Assembly (NCBI GenBank): GCA_013154355.1
Contig: JAADCU010000114.1
Span: 1 to 58,186 of the forward strand
Source: Thermoproteota archaeon
GTDB lineage: Archaea > Thermoproteota > Thermoprotei > Thermoproteales > Thermocladiaceae
Length of the DNA stretch: 58,186 nucleotides
Direction of reading: 5' to 3'
Shown here: positions 56,599-58,186 of the stretch, one piece after another
Layout: each line of letters starts with the position of its first letter
How positions within the stretch are numbered: position 1 is the stretch's first letter
Program-made: the position numbers and the translations under genes
Notes under the pieces: model-generated
What the model was told of the DNA's origin: nothing
The model's input: only the letters and a program-made list of their open reading frames with translations
Databases searched by the model: none

Positions 56599-58186
56599 GT
56601 GCCTCTTGAGCGCATTGCAGAGTACAGGATTGCATTGCCAGCTAAGCAAGCATTCGACATCATAGCTAAGCTTGGAGAACTAGGCTATGTCATGCTTCCA
56701 CCAAGACCAGCTGAGCTACCTGCACCACATATACCATCCGAGATAGCTGAGGCTGCTAGGAGATGTGATGAAGTTGCTAGAGAGTTATCAAAAGTGTTAT
56801 CGACGTACAATGTTCCTCCTCCAGAAGCTCCAATAGAGATAAGCTTCACAAGCTTTCTAGACATGGCTCAGAAGGCCTCTGAGGAGGGATCAGAGATCCT
56901 TACTAGAGTAAATCAGTATCTCACGACGATTAACGAGGTATCTCAGGAGCTTACAACATTGAAGAGGTATCTCGAAGTTCTTGAGAGAGTAGGTCCTGTA
57001 GGATTACCAGAGTTCAGACATTTCAAGGTCGATCTAGTTCTTCTAGAGCCTACCGAGGTTGCAGATTTTAGGAAGTCTCTAGAGCTTCACAATGTTGAGG
57101 TAATAGTGTATGAGGGTGAGAAGCCTCTAGCAATAGTCATATACCCCGTCTGGCTTAAGGAGACTGTAGAGAGCATATATAGAGTATTCAACAAGAGTCC
57201 CATAGAGCTACCTAGAGAGCAAGCATCACCAAGTGCGCTAAAGGAGAGAGTAGCACAGCTTGAGCGTAGGTTAGAGGAGCTGAATAATGATCTTAACAGG
57301 TACCTACTTAACATAAGAGACAGATTGTACCGTGTAACTGAGGCAGCTAACGCAGTAATGCAGATAATTAGACAGTACACGGACACTGTGATACCTGAAG
57401 GAGAGGAGGTCAGGACTAGGCTTAACGAGCTTAGAAGAAGCATAGAGGAGGCTAAGAGGAGGCTAGAAGAGGTTGAGGCACTTCTCGTAGCTATATCCTC
57501 GATGGTTAAGAGAAAGATAGAGAAGATAGAGGTGACGACTCTGAGAGTAAGGATCTTTGTTGTTAAAGGAGACCTAAAGATGGATACTATATCGAAGTAT
57601 CCGAACATAATTGAAGATGCTGGAGAAGGCGTGAAGATAGTCATGATATTTGAGGCACCGCCAGAGCTTACACCACAGGACATTGTTAGAGCTGGAGTAT
57701 GCGTAGAGATACCTAGAGAATATTTACAGGATCTGAAGAGTGCTCTTAACATAGTTGCAAGAGAGAGAGACGAGCTCAAGAACAGGATAAGAGATCTAGA
57801 GAAGGAGCTTGACGCATTTGTGAAACAGTTCAACAAGGTCTCAGTATATGGTATAGAGAACCTAGATAAGGCAGGTCCTGACACTGTCACCGTCATAGCG
57901 CAGTTAAGATTGAAAGATGTGAGAGATTTCGAGAGAGCACTAGCAGACATATTAACAAAGCTCGCAGTACATGCAGAAGTAAGAAGATACAGCAAGTATG
58001 CCTATATACCTGAGGTACCTAAGGAGAGAGCACCAACATATGAGACCTATCCGAGACCTATAGATGTCCTCAAGAAGATAGTGTACTGGTATGGAATACC
58101 TAAGTATGGAGAGGTATCACCAGTACCAATAGCATGGTGGTTCTTCCCACTATTCTACGGCTGGATGTTCCCAGACGTTGGACATG
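56599..58186 (+). CDS. atpI: A/V-type ATP synthase subunit I (a-subunit), 5' partial
   Basis: My own translation from the in-frame GTG 56599 to the window end has no stops. An in-frame TAG lies upstream at 56581. The ORF is absent from the track because it has no stop inside the window. The end reads PTYETYPRPIDVLKKIVYWYGIPKYGEVSPVPIAWWFFPLFYGWMFPDVGH, which is the conserved subunit I motif before and into the first TM helix. Confidence 0.8.
   Translation, partial: MPLERIAEYRIALPAKQAFDIIAKLGELGYVMLPPRPAELPAPHIPSEIAEAARRCDEVARELSKVLSTYNVPPPEAPIEISFTSFLDMAQKASEEGSEILTRVNQYLTTINEVSQELTTLKRYLEVLERVGPVGLPEFRHFKVDLVLLEPTEVADFRKSLELHNVEVIVYEGEKPLAIVIYPVWLKETVESIYRVFNKSPIELPREQASPSALKERVAQLERRLEELNNDLNRYLLNIRDRLYRVTEAANAVMQIIRQYTDTVIPEGEEVRTRLNELRRSIEEAKRRLEEVEALLVAISSMVKRKIEKIEVTTLRVRIFVVKGDLKMDTISKYPNIIEDAGEGVKIVMIFEAPPELTPQDIVRAGVCVEIPREYLQDLKSALNIVARERDELKNRIRDLEKELDAFVKQFNKVSVYGIENLDKAGPDTVTVIAQLRLKDVRDFERALADILTKLAVHAEVRRYSKYAYIPEVPKERAPTYETYPRPIDVLKKIVYWYGIPKYGEVSPVPIAWWFFPLFYGWMFPDVGH

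Noticed and set aside
57087-57995. 302-aa minus-strand ORF in the supplied track
   Set aside because: It is Ser/Leu/Thr-rich and low-complexity, and it lies antisense to a stop-free + frame that encodes a recognisable ATPase subunit I. It is a shadow ORF created by the purine-rich coding strand.

Overview
This is a compact, roughly 90% coding stretch of an AT-rich archaeal chromosome. It looks like a hyperthermophilic crenarchaeal (TACK) lineage, but the species cannot be named without a database search. Coding strands are strongly purine- and A3-rich, starts often use GTG or TTG, and neighbouring genes frequently overlap by 4-80 nt. Nearly everything is core metabolism or information processing.

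Main gene content:
- An aspartokinase / chorismate mutase-prephenate dehydrogenase / aroE operon, with pheA elsewhere in the window.
- radA, proC, guaA, priL, nep1, dphB, a Trm10-like methyltransferase and pyrB-pyrI-pyrD.
- A PiT phosphate permease with two DUF47 partners, purB and purA, and L18e.
- A DUF1611 / dipeptide-epimerase pair and hypC-cooT-cooC.
- gap-pgk, riboflavin and CoA steps, proteasome beta, leuS, metG and an S25e-like protein.
- A radical SAM enzyme and the 5' part of A-type ATPase subunit I. This last CDS runs off the window and is missing from the ORF track.

I found no rRNA, tRNA, CRISPR array, transposase, integrase or recognisable defence island.

The best-supported non-obvious features are three intergenic C/D box sRNA candidates with canonical box geometry.

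Observations worth a second look:
- Abrupt intragenic composition flips: a near-pure G/T stretch at nt 1-230, and a GT-rich to AC-rich flip at about nt 13060.
- An apparently duplicated module in the ATPase subunit I N-terminal domain.
- A wHTH protein fused to a degenerate methylase-like domain, sitting between purB and purA.
- A membrane-anchored, probably extracytoplasmic FmdE-domain protein.
- An orphan nickel-chaperone cluster.
- A fused GATase-GXGXG glutamate-synthase-like protein.
- A large protein of unknown function with a C-terminal double [4Fe-4S] domain.

I do not see convincing evidence for a discrete novel multi-gene system. All function calls rest on by-eye motif recognition and need profile searches.
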